Position numbers and translations under genes: made by a program. A stretch of 61,444 bases of DNA, filler included, from Chloroflexota bacterium (GTDB lineage: Bacteria; Chloroflexota; Chloroflexia; QHBQ01): NCBI GenBank assembly GCA_043754535.1. It is 6 parts of 6 records of this genome, joined end to end, with 100 filler letters (N's around TTAATTAATTAA, not from the genome) between each part and the next. Parts side by side here need not be neighbours in the genome. Positions count along the whole stretch, not along the records: positions 57,293 to 61,444 come from JAYUUN010000063.1; 5 more parts are not named here. One strand, written 5' to 3'. Positions 58,055 through 61,444 of the stretch are shown one piece after another; positions within the stretch are counted from its first letter, which is position 1; every line of letters begins with the position of its first letter. The notes beneath the pieces were generated by a model. That model did no database searches, had not been told where the DNA came from, and was given only the letters and a program-made list of their open reading frames with translations.

Positions 58055-58735
58055 ATGACCGCCACCCTTACTAGCCATCACCTGGGGCTGGTTAGCTATG
58101 CCGAGGGCTTGCGGCTACAAGCGGATTTCGCAGCGCAGCGGGCAGCAGGCACAGTAGGCGACAGCCTGCTGCTGCTCGAACACCCGCACACCTACACCCT
58201 GGGGCGTAGCGGCAAAGCGGAGAACATCCTGCTCACCAGCGCGCAGTTGGCCGAGCGTGGGGCTGCCACCTTCAACGTAGATCGTGGCGGCGACGTGACC
58301 TACCACGGCCCCGGCCAGCTAGTCGCCTACCCGATCCTCGACCTGCTAGCCCTGCGCGGCGCACCACTCGACTACCCGCTCTACGTGCGCGACCTTGAGC
58401 GGGTGCTGGTCGCCACCGTCGCAGGCTTCGGCATTGTAGGGCAGCAGGTAGCAGGCTACAGCGGGCTATGGGTGGCGGAGCAGAGCGGCAGGCTGGGCAA
58501 GCTAGCGGCCATCGGTGTCCATGTCAACGGGCGTGGCATCAGCACGCATGGGCTTGCGCTCAACGTCAACCTCGACCTTGCCTACTTTGGCTACATCGTC
58601 CCCTGCGGCATCCAGGAGGCGGGCAAGGGCGTAACCAGCCTGGCAGCACTGTGCGGCCAACCTCTAGCCATGGAGACCGTGGCTGCCCACTTCGTAGCCG
58701 CCTTTCGCGCAGGCTTCGGCTACCCCCCTGAGTAG
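58055..58735 (+). CDS. lipB: Octanoyltransferase
   Basis: LLEHPHTYTLG, DRGGDVTYHGPGQLVAYPI, KLAAIG, HGLALNV, IVPCG; own AAGGAG RBS. Confidence 0.95.
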   Translation: MTATLTSHHLGLVSYAEGLRLQADFAAQRAAGTVGDSLLLLEHPHTYTLGRSGKAENILLTSAQLAERGAATFNVDRGGDVTYHGPGQLVAYPILDLLALRGAPLDYPLYVRDLERVLVATVAGFGIVGQQVAGYSGLWVAEQSGRLGKLAAIGVHVNGRGISTHGLALNVNLDLAYFGYIVPCGIQEAGKGVTSLAALCGQPLAMETVAAHFVAAFRAGFGYPPE

Positions 58736-58752
58736 CCAGCGGCTAGCCCCAG

Positions 58753-59288
58753 CTACGGCGAGGGCGGGTTGTCCAGCACGTTCGCAATAGCGGTATGGGT
58801 GCTGTTCTCCTTATGCCCAATCACCGAGAAGTGACCGTCAATCTCCAGGATTACCGAGTCCACATCCTCCAATGCCCCATAACCGTCCTTGCGAATCGCC
58901 TCCAGAATCTCATCACGGCTGACATGGGTGACTCGCATTGCATGGCTGATGAAGTGGCCCGATGCATCAACATGGTTGGTTCACCGTTGAGGAAGGTGCG
59001 GATACTTGGTTGGCGGGCAGAGGCCAGGTTGATCAGGAATGGAATGCCGACCAGTACGACGAAGGCGGCCAGCCCCTCGGCCAGGCTGATGGTAGGGGTG
59101 AGGACGATGGCTGCCAGGGTGGAGCCGAGCGCGACGTTGCCCACGAAATCGAACGAGTCCATGCGGGCCAGGATGCGCTTGCCCGCAAAGCGCAGCGAGA
59201 TCGCCAGCGCGACGTAGGCTAGTACGCCGACAAAGAGGATGCGGCCCAACGTCTCCCAGTTGGTAAAGAAGAAAGGTGTCATAGCCAC
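58753..59288 (-). pseudogene. DUF421 (YetF-like) membrane protein with a frameshift near 58959
   Basis: LRFAGKRILARMDSFDF..GEPTML in one frame, EILEAIR..VILEIDGHFSVI in another; restoring one G (CGG GGC CAC) joins them. Confidence 0.8.
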
Positions 59289-59297
59289 TCAGGTTTC

Positions 59298-60224
59298 CTA
59301 ATTGGTTGGTGAGCCTGCCAATTGTGCCACCTCTGCCAGATGCTCATGTTCATGCTCAACGTAGTGGAGGACGATCTCGGCTAGCGTAGTCGGGCCGCGC
59401 TCCTCATGTACGCCAATGCGCTGCCAGGCCGTTGCTGGCAAGCCGCTAAGGAAGGCGGCAGTCTGCTCGTCGCGGCTGGCGATCTCGTGCAGCAGCGGGG
59501 CCAGTTCGCGGTTCTGGTAGTCGCCGTCGCGAACCATCTGCTCCTGATCGTAGCCAGGGAGAGTGGGGCTATGCTCGCCAGCGATGCGGCGGAAGCGGAT
59601 GGCGTACTGGCCGCTAGCGTCGTACAGGTGGCCGACCAGCTCCTTGATCGACCAACCGTTGGTCGCAGGCTGGCGCAACCGCTCCTCGTCCAGCCCCGCC
59701 ACCAGTGTGGCAAGCTGGCCTGCGTTGTGGTGCAAAGCAGCAATCATCTGCTCGTGCGTCAACTTAGCCCCGGCCAACCGCTCGCTAATCTCCGTGCTGT
59801 GGCCCTGTGCGTGGTTGACGTGATAGGTGGCGATCTGCTCGACGGTGATTAGGCCGTTGGTGGCGTGGGTGCCACTGCGCTGCCAGCCTGCCTCATCCAG
59901 CCCAGCCAGCAACCCCGCCAGTTGGTTGTCCAGCCTGGCAGTCTCGGCGAACAGGGCCGCAGCGTCGGCGGCGTTGTAGTTGCCGTTCGCCACCAGCGCG
60001 TCAGTGTCCGCATCAGGGAGCAGCGGATTGTCCTCGTGGCTGATGCGGCTGATGCGATAGTGGAACAGCGCACTAGCGTCGCGCAGGTGGCCGATCACCT
60101 CTTTGACCGACCAATGGCCGTCCGCCCGCCGCCCGCTCATTTGCCCCTCATCCAGGCCCGCCACTATCCTCTCAAGCTGGCCGTTGCTGCTACGCAGAGC
60201 GGCAATGATCTCGTCGTGCGTCAA
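59298..60224 (-). CDS. Double-domain DinB family protein
   Basis: WSVKEVIGHL..H...H and WSIKELVGHL..HEHEH. Confidence 0.88.
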   Translation of the reverse strand: MTHDEIIAALRSSNGQLERIVAGLDEGQMSGRRADGHWSVKEVIGHLRDASALFHYRISRISHEDNPLLPDADTDALVANGNYNAADAAALFAETARLDNQLAGLLAGLDEAGWQRSGTHATNGLITVEQIATYHVNHAQGHSTEISERLAGAKLTHEQMIAALHHNAGQLATLVAGLDEERLRQPATNGWSIKELVGHLYDASGQYAIRFRRIAGEHSPTLPGYDQEQMVRDGDYQNRELAPLLHEIASRDEQTAAFLSGLPATAWQRIGVHEERGPTTLAEIVLHYVEHEHEHLAEVAQLAGSPTN

Positions 60225-60256
60225 TTTGTTGCTCCTTTGCTAAATGGGCTGACCGG

Positions 60257-60718
60257 CTAGCAAGAGCCGATGCGTTCCCAGAGGTCGTCCACGTGATCGT
60301 TGGCGTGTTCAACATAGTTGCTGGCTAGCTGTTCGATGGTCAGTGTACCGCGTGTGGGGTGGACACCGCCGCGCTGCCAGCCCGCCTCGTCCAAGCCGCT
60401 AAGTAGCTGGGTGATGCTGCGCTCTAGCCCCTCAAGCTCGGCGATCATTCGAGCGGCGGGCAGGCTGTTGTAGCCCCCGGCGGCTACCAGCTTCTCTGGA
60501 TCGAAGGGGGCGAGAGTGGCATTGGCGACCTGGCCGATTACCTGGATACGCTCGTTGTAGACAGCGGCCACATCGCGCAGGTGGCCGATCACCTCTTTGA
60601 AGGACCAGTGGCCGTCGTTGCGTCGCTGGCGCAGTTGCTCATCGCTCAGGCGGTCGGCTATCTGGTTGAGAGCGCGGGCCGTCTTCGGGATAGCGGTGAT
60701 GATCTCGTCGTGGGTCAT
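60257..60718 (-). CDS. DinB family protein
   Basis: WSFKEVIGHLRD, HANDH. Confidence 0.88.
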   Translation of the reverse strand: MTHDEIITAIPKTARALNQIADRLSDEQLRQRRNDGHWSFKEVIGHLRDVAAVYNERIQVIGQVANATLAPFDPEKLVAAGGYNSLPAARMIAELEGLERSITQLLSGLDEAGWQRGGVHPTRGTLTIEQLASNYVEHANDHVDDLWERIGSC

Positions 60719-61068
60719 GGTTTTGCTTCTCCTGGTTGCGATTTGCTGGCTGCCTGCAACAGGCGTAGTGCCTGATCAAGCTCTACGCCCTCGATCTGGA
60801 ACAGTTTGCTGCGGCTCCTGCTGCCGTGAACCAGCCGCACCTGCCGCTTACTAACCCCCAGCACTGCCGCGATGTAGTCGGCCAGGGCGGCATTGGCAGC
60901 CCCCTCAACCGGCGGCGCAGTCAAGGCGATGCGGGTAGCACCAGCCTGCTGGCCGAGGATCACGTTACGCGCGGCCCGTGGTGTTGCCCGCACTTGCCAC
61001 TCTACCGCACCCGCTCTAGCTCGCAGCCCCCAGCCCGCCGCCTGCTCGTTCAACTCATCTGCTGTCAT
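60715..61068 (-). CDS. DUF167 (YggU-like) protein
   Basis: VRATPRA, TAPPVEGAAN, GSRSRSK. Confidence 0.88.
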   Translation of the reverse strand: MTADELNEQAAGWGLRARAGAVEWQVRATPRAARNVILGQQAGATRIALTAPPVEGAANAALADYIAAVLGVSKRQVRLVHGSRSRSKLFQIEGVELDQALRLLQAASKSQPGEAKP

Positions 61069-61260
61069 CACCACATTATAACACACGATAGCCGCCCCAG
61101 GTCACAGCCAGCGGCCTGCGCTCATCCTCCGCGAGGGGAGGAGGGCGAGCCTACCGCTCAGCCTCATCCGTCGCCTGGCTGGGCAGGGCGGGCCACAATG
61201 TGGTAAAATGAAGCTCACCAGCACAACGTCGTGCCAATCCATGCTAGGGAGAAACCCAAC

Positions 61261-61444
61261 TTGCCACGCGATCTACCCATTGGTAACGGCAATCTGCTGA
61301 TCAACTTCGACGCAAATTACAACGTCCGCGACATCTACTACCCCTTCGTTGGCCTCGAAAATCACACCCTCGGCTTCCCCTGCCGTACTGGTTTGTGGGT
61401 AGACGGCGAGTTCCTTTGGCTGGACGACCGTAGCTGGTCGCGCG
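61261..61444 (+). CDS. Glycoside hydrolase family 15 N-terminus, truncated
   Basis: Not in the ORF track; TTG start after GGGAG gives MPRDLPIGNGNLLINFDANYNVRDIYYPFVGLENH..TGLWVDG. Confidence 0.75.
   Translation, partial: MPRDLPIGNGNLLINFDANYNVRDIYYPFVGLENHTLGFPCRTGLWVDGEFLWLDDRSWSR

Noticed and set aside
1..61444. rRNA, tRNA, CRISPR arrays, prophage structural genes, integrase or relaxase
   Set aside because: None recognised by eye; a covariance-model scan would be needed to exclude small RNAs

Overview
The window is not one locus. It is six contigs joined by artificial 100-bp spacers (N-run/TTAATTAATTAA/N-run) at 13391-13490, 26793-26892, 39845-39944, 52882-52981 and 57193-57292. Protein families point to a high-GC Chloroflexota (Chloroflexia-like) genome: FPQTG..VQYFERARFE surface repeats, a Cys-loop SLH domain and tandem Wzz-like genes. 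Contig 1: N-terminus of a DNA methyltransferase, AAA+ ATPase, lipA, branched-chain keto-acid dehydrogenase E1a/E1b/E2, O-methyltransferase, korAB and psuG with a PfkB kinase. Contig 2: an IS200/IS605-family tnpB whose left end abuts the start codon of the first gene of a co-directional ~12.6-kb VirB4/VirD4 conjugation-like cluster of mostly unrecognisable genes. That cluster includes an odd mini-ATPase carrying a copy of the VirD4 helical domain. Contig 3: roadblock protein, mscL, EPS genes, ABC-F, coaE and a GT2. Contig 4: SLH protein with a tailspike-chaperone-like domain, O-antigen ligase, lipoproteins, M28 peptidase, rdgB, Nudix, and gyrA whose 5' end plus ssb look alphaproteobacterial (probable chimera). 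Contig 5: IS1 with a -1 slippery site interrupting an SMI1/KNR4-like gene, next to a split NACHT-HEAT NLR-like gene. Contig 6: methyltransferase/Mrr-like C-terminus reading in frame into lipB, frameshifted DUF421, DinB paralogues, DUF167 and a GH15 start. Best candidates for something new: the T4SS-like cluster with its chimeric ATPase, and the IS605 left end that may supply a looped-out Shine-Dalgarno to the start codon it sits against. All family calls come from motif recognition by eye; no database search was run.
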